Shown in pieces: positions 36,401-41,441 of a stretch of 64,000 bases of DNA. Under the pieces are notes generated by a model. The model worked only from the letters and a program-made list of their open reading frames with translations, had not been told where the DNA came from and did not search any database. The position numbers and the translations under genes were made by a program. Where the stretch lies: the NCBI GenBank assembly GCA_944384465.1, contig CALWTK010000030.1, positions 1,942 to 65,941 of the forward strand, in the 5' to 3' direction. This stretch comes from an uncultured Clostridia bacterium. Lineage in GTDB: Bacteria > Bacillota > Clostridia > Christensenellales > UBA1242. The first letter of the stretch is position 1. Each line of letters starts with the position of its first letter.

Positions 36401-39325
36401 GGTGTCATAATAAGCCTGCGCGTTGAACGTAGCAGTGTCGCTACCGCCATATGCCACATCTATAAATGACATATAGATATATTGACTATCTATACCATTA
36501 GAAACAATTTCATCACCCCAAATAGTGATGCCTTTCGCTGGATCATAATCAGCGAATCGTATCGTTGTACTTGTAGATACATTTGACTCTTCTCCAAATC
36601 TAAAGGCGACTAAACTTATTGTGATTTCATTATATTGAGAATTAGAAGAAAGAAGTCTCACTTGAATATTTCCCTGCAGGATATCTTCTCCAAGGCGGGA
36701 ACTTATTATAGTATTGTTTGTAAGTGTTATCTCACTGTCTCCATCCATCAGCACGACTTGGACACTTTCGTCAATATTGTCTATCATGACGCGAAGTTGT
36801 GATGCGTGATCTATCACTCTTTCACCAATGCCCGTAGCCGCATCCCCCGTACTGAACACAACATTTGTTGACGCGCTGGCGTTGTTAGACGCGTACGAAT
36901 TGAACGAAATATTGGAAACAGCTGTCTCTTCAAAATATTGATTGATATATACAATTTGATTAGGAGTGGCATTGATTGAGATGTTCGCGATCGGATCATA
37001 TACCGCTAACTCTATCATCAAAACTTGTTCAACTGCGGTGATCAAATTGTCCACCATAGCATAGTAGCGCACAGTGATGTTCAAAACTTGTGTGTAAGAG
37101 CCTATTATACCCATCACGCTGAATTCGTTGTTGGAAATTTTGTTGAATTCTACCGCATTGGTATTGAATGCGCCAGTGTTGTAATCTAGATTAGTAGCCA
37201 CCGAAATGTCTGTGATGGCATTAGCAATAGGAGTGGACGAATTAGATACATATCCTAATACTTCAAAGTCTACATTCCTATTTTTGACAATCGCAAAATT
37301 TGCATGTCCGTTATCCACGTCAATCTCGTTTGCATTGGTGCTGGTCGTCTGTATTATCAACCTATCATTGTTTACTAGATATACACTGCTAGCTGTAAAC
37401 TCTGTACCAACACCTACAGTATCATCTCCTGCCAAAACGCGTATTAAACCAGTTTCCACCGAAGAAGTGGCAAGTATACCAACTTCATAAATGTTATAAT
37501 TCCCCGTTGGTGAAACATAGATCGTCCTGACCGTACTATCTGACAAATTGATTGTGCTAGAATTGTTCAAGAACTTGATATTGCTGTTGTTGGAATTTAT
37601 AGTTATTGAAGACGTGTCCAAAGTCGCGCCACTATAATCAACTCGCACATAAAAATTCGTGTTGGCATGTGCATTGATATACAGATCTCCATTATCGATA
37701 TTGTTCGTTATACTGCTATCCGCATAGACGGACAAACTATTCGCAGTCACCACTTTAGATATAGTATAGGCAATTTCTACCCATTCTGTTGCCACATCCG
37801 AGTTCTCGAATCTATCAGGAGTAGACTGCGCCCTGATATAAATCAGTTGTGACGCTGAAGCATTTTGACTCAAGCGCAAATATAAAGTCTCTCCGCTTCT
37901 CACTCTATATTGATTGTTGCCTAAATTCTCTAGACTGACCCCGGAGACAATAACATTGCTGTTTGCTTCTATATAAATATAGTCATTCGTATTGGCATCG
38001 GTAGGGATGGTCAACAACCTTAATTCTAGCCCTGCGTATGTAGAGCTCGTCGTCCCATAGATGATCCCTTGCGCCGTGCCGTTCTCTGGGATCTCATCAT
38101 TGATGGAAATGTTGCTAGGCAGGACACTTTTGATAATATCTATAGTCTTTTCGTATACAGGGACCCCGGTCGAGTTGAACAACAACCCTTCTATCTCTAG
38201 AGCAAAAGTAAGTGTGTTGCTTGCAATGGTATTGTTAGTGGCAATGACTCTATAGTGCAAGTCATCTATTGCCTGCACAATCAAACCATTATAACCTTCG
38301 CTCATTTGAGAAAGATCATATTTGATCCCATCAATATATATTGCGACATTGTATGAGATTGGATCCGCATTGGTCATCACATCATTTTTATAGATTGAAT
38401 TGAAGTCTGTCAAATCCACTGTGAATTCTGTGCTCGCATATACTGAATCTCTATATAATGTAACGACCTCATTTATGTATTCCGAGTTTATATCATTGGT
38501 ATAGTACACAACTGGCGTGTATTCCTGAGTGTCCACCAAGTAGACATCAAAGTCAGCATAGATATTCTCATTAAATAATGACGTTGCCCTAATCTTTGCC
38601 ACATATTCCTGTGCACGCACTGTGAAATCTTGACTCAACTGCAAAACTCCGCCATCGCCAATTGTTATATACCTTTGCGCATATGTTTGATTTTGACTCT
38701 CAACGTACGCTCTCTCTTGATTCACATCAGCATAATAGCCAATTGACATTACTTGATAACTCACGCCCGTCTGATTGGTCTGCCCTAAAGGTAAATATGT
38801 AAGATTTGATATATTTAACAAGTTCAACATCCCGCCAACAGCGACTGCTGGTTTGATAGATGTATCGACTTCAATGCTAGTCAAACTTCTGTACACATTT
38901 AGATCAATCGAAACTTGTCTACCCGAATTCGTTTCATAAGATCTTAATCCTGTCTGCACATTCCCTGTGATGTCTAGCCTAAAGACTTGATTTTGTCCAA
39001 CTGTAGCAGAAGAGAAATTTAACCCATTGCTGTCGCCTGTTTTAGTCACTATAATGTCGTCAATGTATTTAGCCTTCACATTTTTGATTTCCACTTTTAT
39101 AAAGATTGACCCAACCCCAGATTCTTCGTCAATCTGAAGCATATCATTTACCCCACCATAATTTGCAAAAATACCATGGTTACCATCGTACCATTCACTA
39201 GCATCTTCGCTATATGCATAAGTGATATTGAATTCTAGATCATCATATCTTCCACCACATGCTGAAAGCACTCCGCACATGACGAATAAGAATAATGCTG
39301 TAATCACGCTAAATACTTTTTTCAT
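18431..39325 (-). CDS. 6964-aa giant surface lipoprotein with multiple GLUG beta-helix cassettes, a C-proximal TM hairpin and a ~630-aa C-terminal domain
   Basis: Single 20,895-nt ORF with SD GAGGGG. Lipobox MKKVFSVITALFLFVMCGVLSAC|GG. The first ~1000 aa have a beta-rich, Ig-like character. After that come many (V/I/A)GG(L/I/F/V)(V/I)G repeats. No LPXTG. Confidence 0.85.
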   Translation of the reverse strand: MKKVFSVITALFLFVMCGVLSACGGRYDDLEFNITYAYSEDASEWYDGNHGIFANYGGVNDMLQIDEESGVGSIFIKVEIKNVKAKYIDDIIVTKTGDSNGLNFSSATVGQNQVFRLDITGNVQTGLRSYETNSGRQVSIDLNVYRSLTSIEVDTSIKPAVAVGGMLNLLNISNLTYLPLGQTNQTGVSYQVMSIGYYADVNQERAYVESQNQTYAQRYITIGDGGVLQLSQDFTVRAQEYVAKIRATSLFNENIYADFDVYLVDTQEYTPVVYYTNDINSEYINEVVTLYRDSVYASTEFTVDLTDFNSIYKNDVMTNADPISYNVAIYIDGIKYDLSQMSEGYNGLIVQAIDDLHYRVIATNNTIASNTLTFALEIEGLLFNSTGVPVYEKTIDIIKSVLPSNISINDEIPENGTAQGIIYGTTSSTYAGLELRLLTIPTDANTNDYIYIEANSNVIVSGVSLENLGNNQYRVRSGETLYLRLSQNASASQLIYIRAQSTPDRFENSDVATEWVEIAYTISKVVTANSLSVYADSSITNNIDNGDLYINAHANTNFYVRVDYSGATLDTSSITINSNNSNIKFLNNSSTINLSDSTVRTIYVSPTGNYNIYEVGILATSSVETGLIRVLAGDDTVGVGTEFTASSVYLVNNDRLIIQTTSTNANEIDVDNGHANFAIVKNRNVDFEVLGYVSNSSTPIANAITDISVATNLDYNTGAFNTNAVEFNKISNNEFSVMGIIGSYTQVLNITVRYYAMVDNLITAVEQVLMIELAVYDPIANISINATPNQIVYINQYFEETAVSNISFNSYASNNASASTNVVFSTGDAATGIGERVIDHASQLRVMIDNIDESVQVVLMDGDSEITLTNNTIISSRLGEDILQGNIQVRLLSSNSQYNEITISLVAFRFGEESNVSTSTTIRFADYDPAKGITIWGDEIVSNGIDSQYIYMSFIDVAYGGSDTATFNAQAYYDTNESNNMRFGDLDYILYRVQQNEDGSIAVDENNKIILSQISNERLNVNIDNINHTIAISASKSMGGGLFMLTLVTKDSYSDELGTYSTSYSIFISISDGSIQNRYTIQSVDDLKNIINDMDANYVLRNNITIDSSTDFSPIGLSGEVISEFTGSLSGTVQNLASNGTNISTSRYQITLNLSTSVEDGENYYSALFARIGEGGDVSDLDINVSFNTSGITASADNGSLNIGAIAGINNGTISGVNVYINSTNSSNTIFSYDRINVDINFGGVVGINNGYIDLTTSNVIYSSRLEITSSSSSDHNIGSVAGANNGEIIGGYAGKSDLNNISYTIIVDITIVNTSTAQVGSNYYVGGVAGVNTGTIHNIILGGRLSITNGISPSITNALGYIAGVAGQSVSNSSESSITYQNSIENVALLGLDISALNSGLDVAGVVGYSIATIITEVRFMSANVTFSNALSANGSLSGDNIVAGIVVSSQRDALNTAIIENFITTNNDEIFYTFNSRSNRVAGLVYSLNGTNIDMSFVNANINAYENQTNEIYLTSPSSNENNTYYIGRVNNYISLLSDYINASPTNGNHYSVIYDDETVYFYHIGWNELSIADYITRTEVSMSVPFTKTLSDYMLEQEVSEENFDEFVASGLYIDTDGVYTKLDESVDNQFDETQTYFVFDYETWDQDRVSLYEADADGNLAITTDTEYDSSKIYYTLTENYIDILDTYLLYEVDDVEQLVENTSTIVNINNTYYTLTSTKTEEWETFVLAWLNDTTNWKIQSDLNYITFYGFNFYFPYLVAGTNLDPIMVIRPTDISADIDEDYVISIGSVYIDEEPNVGDYNVTSTTIINYYSSVDNPLDNIRHNTYNLINTAGENEDKNGLINLEVLPTNSQGGVSYEIVRGSAYAYISNGQIIFTGVSGNNPIVVRCYSTFNSALEEYVIFYTQLGLNELVLTSNSIYEINEENAVYELYTYTGANSVLVNVDATNIKDNLEFATIFDANINQYVELEVVRENTSSVLAVEDTNSLNGVMISVANNDFEGDRVSEILTFRLMLNLTQYFGETIYPQIDNQDQMLELKTTSLRVIVYKSATDLEIDGSDYKMQTNANMAFDANLSTGYVRDDDIGGQVDYTSSDNTIVLTEVDKDSISLTMNVVDGQDELNSLLANARVESIVDLFDYTFMYTPIRTEDRITGYTYNIALSLKNEFEYRYIESNITLEIIVYSTNNPNVRDSINLILTPTELSTVRIENYTATSITPSTSYTNLISSNNVETSIISPGGYGGVMLVYLEPSYSNIVSATLTSSTLFVPSLNREVSIIFEQLVYNASTNTYQTIYPSNEQIDGGIVLRKVSYIDENNNYHYDGRIYIHTQMDMFSGLSSTIRATLTVETSNNSVRTVTKTLLTQYLPGASLSYDGYYLGVSDDGDSEYLIQEDTYNNEISIRIYGYQFSQNPNISFEWILDENSTKYEYGATKGILINIDEDDDEYGREYRIGDYLSFRLLNDYSDVVENNDGSYTMTAMLNVSSDIPVAFKMNVALTLATEDSLVTSEEEGSLVFYPIPYIVSADSAYLNGLANGVLNTAVDRTVGFDFNFTTQNPNYNLSSEIYEKMVSDIGAENLAELFYYTNDNGEVIYFSNNNAHPEFVVNIVDDRLTIRGTEGFSSTINFEVHYGYILNGDKYELKFGLMSSNSLSYTMNFSFTLNINVSTTEEHAIPIYSVDQIFDPDTGECLLGEGLDYILMDDITIDNLVPISVNIASFDGNNRVIKIRSFAISTDRTEYGLFGNISTYQDANGNTQSTILKNIIVDYSEFNTVNNGKLLLTQNDITDITFGGLVANNNGALIYNCDVMNLSASTKTINIVVDNSSDVNVTFGGLVGNNSGIITNSRVGKDGYTRITADEYSESTSYVTGGALQFIVGDTTASEGGQGFVAVTGGFVGVNTGTIASSFVSNTSLVNYSTAPEGLSTRYSMTAGFVGENSGKISYSYVKGADTDNSTNPYSTGAQIKSTTNGNVAGFVYLNSGEINNSYANTVLVSDSAYVAGFVYNNAASGSISESYAACTLNGVATENDASEQPFVGVSNNNELLSYGTLENTYYLVNEDDDFIVRSEEGKDQAVGFNTDNFADPDALTGFVFINSNSRTEREQGVWSYYNADNSYRLLPELNTANDIAYSYRYLVGQEDEEYVYSNAVSYALGSANNPYIIRSVEEYNDIFLSGGTQNSMTGYVRFINNIDFASDETAIQTRVNYTLGDANNISVTSIEGNGMTISGIFLDVANATESSIGLFSEIENAYVKNLNLEFASTPGFSSVRVAYSGGLAGKINNSVIINVDLDGGSTTVTGNNFAGGLAGIISGNSLIYGIDSNLSVKAVNTDINNYYMYYNEADFNTMKAIGALSFNGAYDDYLEQLSYAGGIAGVIDIQERTNVNFNLSYITINGNEMYTKTDEGNILADYAGGIAGYAGRDTNALKLKYNVGTTNLITGQFAVGGIYAVGLGDLTASQVTAEEDEQYEYDTALGGYILDLEDSTSSATASVDTQNSGNLNLLESYKYGGGLVGIGIQMNIDSCYSKAGFMVGSTVGGLIGCSIISNVSYSYAVPYVNIDSAYLEYAGGLFGSAYGVRNSTISRNEEVSEYVAYVNQILGITNEDNDIQFTFSTLLLDNSMLHTQHETDNGEFVNINYDYISPNYGQLEDNNTGYITSNNNAAFSYVFAGIVNNYAMLDGESIVQHANDSRASEVNLSQLYDLEDIEHTATFNNVFSGWSTEYWSLNSDKYFPLLLNDNTENYYIIDDVEDFYVLINNPDGNYKIVEDIDLSSWCANNSSNFVFNIDFTGILIGEKENNEIPVLSGLSVNTVDAGDAGLFRSTNDATIRNIAFNWSNKYSRDGNTYSIQLNSNIGMIGAVSADDTQSLFSNLTVNVEADSLVGTSSSSSISGFGGIVANAQGSNIMNCTFVGSVTSYLQSTDAIYFGGLVGRATMYVTSESEDENMSIMNSSVGRNKTNVNFELTISSNSTGEVYIGGAVGYAEETTISSIRVGHYSYTSNRRINISVNLNDCMTNNYVGGLLGRGSETQVSSCDVLTNINVYGTERTEGDGTNTTTRMNIIGGLIGQYVLSSESSININSSNTESYITIGNSEGTQTVINNLYVSTGVGYVVSNLATVEIKQCVFVGDINTISYTTTTGNVSTENEYDNGLINVYSGGAVAFASNSTNSYSELSIDEVMVTTNIFIGSTTAKTVGTSVLYAGGLVGQGYNVDITNSATTGRIVPITDKYSDTTKINIGGMIGQANSVDVRAAYSLTSIVADGVANDVIQGIGNNTFNVNALFGALALETNTVTDLYYSSDFALFPEDSGLGTNLPAYTLVFTSLWRESRDNYFNSANNYWAELNETGNNLPFIASLELQLIHYGVISNSSGSYAYYYGGSMNPILIDAATMNSGVFDFGTYEDSYTYFILSSNIDNNNNAIEFSGVLNGILIAGDTTYTVGGIHSSATDGGYAYGLISEVADHSAISNLHVRVDADHIFSSLQGSNGFMTGQNEGVIFNSSVEGQGVNLSGQFMGVLVGRNNGLISYSYSNIEIVSTEAALGGITYINQGKILSCYFTGYINNTSTDASGSTTTTSAAGIIGQIITGNSYVYNCYMAGVIESVGGNSFANGTFTPSDSGSNNFIDSLANNESSNVTYNNDGEIITVVSCVSTADLMSASDLEGNWHVSTVETTTSSGNEQYYFNLAANSYGYNYLYPFYRINKISGSDLSTNIDNTHQLYTGRGFNDINNAFINKSDTGYQNILDDVSSNDFFKIPHLGVLSAVQGISTVITTTEGGVAEVRNTYLNYMVIYDIGNDLSSNLTWTAVGVAGNTSDGFYSDAAHQFNGLFITHKYYNNPTINTLNIDNACTISGLHTNGLFTNINSAYFTYIKFGNMSMLENSGVLGVNVGTNNEDIEQTTQIITIANVTINGELSADQENTSEPYLGGLFGTITEYAGTIKIYNLNTSYTDTTDEKIAELNLVGDSTTTRAGLLAGKMDGGTIIFTEPSNQTTNNLYVRFTHVHYGGGLIGEMTGGTIIGVEGSNNLNSTVYLFSLQPEGTTEVNANLGGIVGLASSSGDKSISNIDVIVPDMLHTNSFGGLIAEVRHDITFTDCVIDSGNSMQVVSKMNQSNNYFGLLAAKLGDTNGSSDATLTVDGFAYKQIDTDTTSDSKSILVSVVTNDGQSSEGNINEGFGLLIGRQNANFELTFDTSFSFEPNMIVSDGNNVGGLIGRYDSGYVKIDISNMNYSVQLSGADNVGGAIGYVSSNIENIFDFAPDETAEDDSYWNFLTDGDGHNNAYATVYKAVEQNIGRDLENWGGLFGHYAASELELYSAGNDENGQEQQEKLTITNYNNVYITFKENNTTTQVVRNVGGVAGKIDNITEVSDLTNEGIIAFVNDRLDINTSTTADLYMGLDTDNEMFAIEDNSEMSTILTMNVGGVVGMLTNSDNSGTPVDVSNIFNSANIEGYQNVGGLIGYAENISIVNNIYEEVAATEQLTPGQVYFTHDKDKSLYTPFVATESTQAGAYYKLREGAAVEGQISGVLNVGGAFGYVTGTVDSIWSYADVYGNANVGGLIGVLNDALTMVKNCAVMPTADANGTEDNNVIIKGIYFIKRQDTISSGPQETYNTYFMPNSVGGLIGFAAYGRVQNNLVYDAFITSSSEGIIAPGASDYSGSSVINTIENNMVNISLTSGSVNTNNTNYFNSTNIYKYITSEEDTSNVVTQFDDMTSGFGGFIGTLSSSVALAANTDNSSEIYIESNSLKADIQAELGINVGTFYGYYYLEGGPASGSTGTSRYIVTPTLMGDTNVSGAYNIGGVVGVFDGGEQNTLENFNTNEIAGSGNITVQAKGVGIYVGGLIGKLKGDADTLRAGSSEVNITLKTDSSYYIGGLIGRLEGNLKSEIGQSSSYNITVDGDAVNEFGGLVGMLKVEGRSGNSGAEVTVKGEHKYAFTVNTIENSNYYDGQSIFTVDETDNAIYLIAQAYYINLDNFSISGTSEESWYDVKATNPLNSAAQGWHKDYTAFKRIQRNIPMEENNGASWDSIAEIYDASNITHVGTIANLRLTTTSLPHENEKGTIVDERFDPDYICFTVYEEEADSPKIYSAMGMGSLYTNIQGEKYSSDNAEQYLTPKDEEDYIFPNGDFGDIYWINANDDTRYGNKLQGLTYFEYAERSGDENVWKEYNTIEGNKASYEVIIKKGTPGNPDSTFGGMVVYGVRNYLSGGYTAYFIFNTLFANNSMRYIPGFSGSSDWTNISEVPSSGSIFEVYGYNDARLNKVRITEESPAWWEWLIFTGAAAAEIASYVLGGVGMFMKTVKMAIKVLKLVTKGLALMGFAAIFVINGINTGNAKADNLFFSVVDQNFGFISSKYTRQVLYEKGQLTGQLDAYIILEDDYQGGGTGEDYAHTYFAYSSVRPSDYYSNYYFYLDNNGNSHYVPINSEDYTITANEDYEYIYTITNNSTGTEYTDGYSTYYYRNGVYYKHVLAMTVDYVRTQVFFSAENYTYGVVSGDTATTWYTMDGGYYYTYGSYLGNGEYSLGETKESPDATDPNNNLKYESGKYTINGKSLSNDIDPEYRSKEIFKYINSTEENVINRGYKLGYDYIKGAYYTINGAQVDSNKKYAEYSRVENPSGLTSDGVNYIQIPYHYTDAEGNPQTTTVWYQFSKSTSSGDYEYIDLIENGLTSTPESITITAYPSSFVNPYTTDTVGDLYAGEEIYGNSDLKLDFFGDAEISQEVTYYYFDGGYEVYKDDGISYVFAPLGEIDYDSWEMPIYDASGNKIVTINLIADDENKIEDIIDKIEANSNNYITNVSAFDAGERAMFRVGYNYRVYNDTIYVLQSGYIVNEMYGYLQQVRTNANSEGDYTVDYNYNKYLSNRTYGIYTRYMYVNETGNPSDLSFTLWPIYRVNEGENGVTVKESNYTLIPKSTIYSGSPNGKTTYLTESVKVTLGGNLSLQHTGVGNITSGSITIITE

Positions 39326-39371
39326 ATCCCCTCACTTTAATTTGTTCTATTCTGCAAATATTATTAATTTA

Positions 39372-39401
39372 ATTATATAAAAATATCACGCGATAAGTCA
39401 A
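39372..39401 (-). promoter_or_regulatory. Promoter of the 6964-aa gene
   Basis: Minus strand reads TTGACT (39396-39401), an 18-nt spacer, then TATAAT (39372-39377). Confidence 0.5.
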
Positions 39402-39527
39402 ATAATTGGCGAAAAAACAATTATTTTGAAATAAAATAAATTTTACTAAAATTTTTTGTGTAAAAAAAGATATACAATTAAAAAAATTTAATCTTTTCGA
39501 AAAAATGGTAAATTTTTGATAATTTTA

Positions 39528-39555
39528 TTGAATTTTTATGATTTTTTGATATAAT
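39528..39555 (+). promoter_or_regulatory. Promoter of the ttcA-like gene
   Basis: TTGAAT (39528-39533), a 16-nt spacer ending in TGA, then TATAAT (39550-39555). SD AAGGAGA precedes the ATG at 39580. Confidence 0.55.
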
Positions 39556-39579
39556 TATAAAAATTTTTAAGGAGATCAA

Positions 39580-40293
39580 ATGCAAAAAGTTTTGAGCACT
39601 ATGCGGAAAGCTATCGAAAAATATAGACTAATCCAAGACGGAGACAAAATCGCCGTCGGCGTTTCAGGCGGGAAAGATAGTCTAGTACTGCTCAAAGCTT
39701 TAAGCGATTTCAAGAAATTTGGACTATACGAATTTGATATTGTGGCAGTGACCATTGACATATATTCTGGCGAAGTTGATTATTCAAACCTAAAAAAATT
39801 TTGCGACGAAATCAATGTGGAATTATATATAGAAAAGACTGATATTAAACATATAGTGTTTGACATCAGGAAAGAGAGCAACCCTTGTTCGCTATGTGCC
39901 AAAATGCGCCGTGGAGCTCTAAACTCTGTATGCAACAGATTGGGCTGCAACAAACTTGCGCTAGCGCACCATTTGCAAGATGTGGTCACTACTTTCTTTA
40001 TGTCGCTATTTTACGAAGGTCGCTTGTCCACAATGCTGCCTATATCCTATATGTCAAAAACTAATATAACTCTGATTAGACCGCTATATTTGACTGAAGA
40101 ATCAAGGATCATACACGCCAGCAAAGATATGCCTATATTGAAAAGTAAATGCCCTGCCAACGACAACAGCAAGCGAAAAGAAATCAAGGAATTAGTAGCT
40201 AGACTAGAAAAAGAAATTCCGCTTTCAAAAAAACGCATAGAACACGCCATATTATCTAGCGAAAGTTATAATCTACTAGACAAGTTAAAATAA
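39580..40293 (+). CDS. ttcA: TtcA-family PP-loop ATPase (tRNA 2-thiocytidine synthetase-like)
   Basis: PP-loop VGVSGGKDS and the TtcA-type motif NPCSLCAKMRRG. 237 aa. Confidence 0.8.
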   Translation: MQKVLSTMRKAIEKYRLIQDGDKIAVGVSGGKDSLVLLKALSDFKKFGLYEFDIVAVTIDIYSGEVDYSNLKKFCDEINVELYIEKTDIKHIVFDIRKESNPCSLCAKMRRGALNSVCNRLGCNKLALAHHLQDVVTTFFMSLFYEGRLSTMLPISYMSKTNITLIRPLYLTEESRIIHASKDMPILKSKCPANDNSKRKEIKELVARLEKEIPLSKKRIEHAILSSESYNLLDKLK

Positions 40294-40326
40294 AAATCTG
40301 ACATGAATTATGTCGATTTTTTTTAT
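40293..40326 (+). terminator. Intrinsic terminator after the ttcA-like gene
   Basis: AAAATC(T)GACAT-GAATT-ATGTCGATTTT, followed by a T-run. Confidence 0.6.
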
Positions 40327-40378
40327 TTTTTGACATATTTTGTCCGTTGCCTAAATAGGTTAATTTAAGGAGCAAAAT

Positions 40379-40678
40379 ATGAATTATAATGACTTAGACG
40401 ACCGCACTATTAAACTGGCATACTACATTTTAGAAAATCACACCACGATACGTGCAACGGCAAAAGCGTTTGGAATTCCAAAGAGCACAGTACATCATGA
40501 TTTGAGCACAAAATTAAAATATATAAATTATCAACTATTTTTGGATGTGAAAAAATTGATGGAAGAAAATTTTAGCGTAAAACACATCCACGGTGGCGAA
40601 TCAACAAAACAAAAATATCAAGCATTGAAAAAAGAAATTACGGAAGATGAAGAGCACGATTATTATTATGGTGCTTGA
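40379..40678 (+). CDS. spoIIID: Stage III sporulation protein D-like HTH transcription regulator
   Basis: 99 aa. RTIKLAYYILENHTTIRATAKAFGIPKSTVHHDL...HIHGGESTKQKY parallels the B. subtilis SpoIIID HTH and the C-terminal GGxATKxKY box. Confidence 0.85.
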   Translation: MNYNDLDDRTIKLAYYILENHTTIRATAKAFGIPKSTVHHDLSTKLKYINYQLFLDVKKLMEENFSVKHIHGGESTKQKYQALKKEITEDEEHDYYYGA

Positions 40679-40680
40679 TG

Positions 40681-40709
40681 AAAAGACACAAATGATGTGT
40701 CTTTTTTTT
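40681..40709 (+). terminator. Intrinsic terminator after spoIIID
   Basis: AAAGACACA-AATGA-TGTGTCTTT, followed by a T-run. Confidence 0.75.
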
Positions 40710-41003
40710 AAAAATTTATAAAAAACACAATTATTTTCAATTTTTAATGTGTTTTTTCTCAATATTTTATAGTTTTTTATATTTTTTCAATCAATATTTT
40801 AAAATAATTGTAAAGATATAAAAAATAAATTTATAAAAATTTTATTTATTGTATATGTTAATTTTTCTAATCCGCAGTAAAACATTAACTCGCCTTTTTA
40901 CATTATAGTACGATAAGAGAAAAAGTAGTTAAACTAGCACTAACAACTTGCAATGTCATCATAATTATATAAAATATTATACTTGTTATATAAATTGATT
41001 TTG

Positions 41004-41032
41004 TTGACTTTATTATAAATTTATGTAATAAT
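41004..41032 (+). promoter_or_regulatory. Putative promoter of the gatCAB-aspS operon
   Basis: TTGACT (41004-41009), a 17-nt spacer ending in TGT, then AATAAT (41027-41032). Confidence 0.4.
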
Positions 41033-41076
41033 AAGATGTATGTTAATTGTAGCAAACATCAATGATAATAATTTTT

Positions 41077-41143
41077 AAACACAAGTTTTGTGTGTACCTT
41101 TTGCTACAGAACAATCAAGGTGCACACCTTGATGTTTTTATTT
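41077..41143 (+). promoter_or_regulatory. Three-hairpin transcription attenuator in the gatC leader
   Basis: Terminator: ATCAAGG (41114-41120) pairs with CCTTGAT (41127-41133), followed by GTTTTTATTT. Alternative 11-bp antiterminator: GTGTGTACCTT (41090-41100) pairs with AAGGTGCACAC (41117-41127). An upstream hairpin ACACAA-GTT-TTGTGT (41079-41093) competes for the same segment. Confidence 0.55.
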
Positions 41144-41153
41144 AGGAGTAAAT

Positions 41154-41432
41154 ATGATTTCTTTAGAAGAATTAAAACATTTAGAGGATTTGTCTCGTCT
41201 AGAATTTACGGATACAGCTAGAGAAAAAATTTTGAAAGACATCAATTCCATGATTGATTTTGCATCCCAAATTCAAAATGCCGACTGCGAAAACAAATCA
41301 TTTATAAAATCTATGGACATGAAAGACTTGAGGGAAGATGAACCTAAACAAGGCTTGAGTCAAGAAGAAGTGATATCTAACGCTCCGATGAAGAGGAAAG
41401 GCTGTTTCGCTGTCCCTAGGATTATGGATTAA
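41154..41432 (+). CDS. gatC: Asp/Glu-tRNA(Asn/Gln) amidotransferase subunit C
   Basis: 92 aa. It has a typical GatC N-terminus (LEELKHLEDLSRLEFTD) and lies directly upstream of gatA/gatB. Confidence 0.9.
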   Translation: MISLEELKHLEDLSRLEFTDTAREKILKDINSMIDFASQIQNADCENKSFIKSMDMKDLREDEPKQGLSQEEVISNAPMKRKGCFAVPRIMD

Positions 41433-41441
41433 GGAGTATAT

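Noticed and set aside
9843-39000. Many 60-130-aa ORFs on the plus strand inside the giant minus-strand genes (for example 11605..11949, 15291..15689, 23438..23812, 29373..29696)
   Set aside because: All are embedded antisense to very long uninterrupted ORFs with clear domain logic. They lack SDs, and their composition is the mirror of the sense strand.
41036-41065. Nine-codon leader peptide MYVNCSKHQ containing Asn and Gln codons upstream of gatCAB
   Set aside because: It has no SD, and the ATG sits at or before the predicted transcription start. It has single rather than tandem regulatory codons.
40870-41153. T-box riboswitch upstream of gatC (AGAGA and AGTA-like elements near 40915-40930, GTGTGTACC near 41090)
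   Set aside because: There is no UGGN bulge or GGUGGUACCGCG-like core. The best promoter (41004-41032) leaves only ~115 nt of leader, which is too short for Stem I plus a specifier loop.
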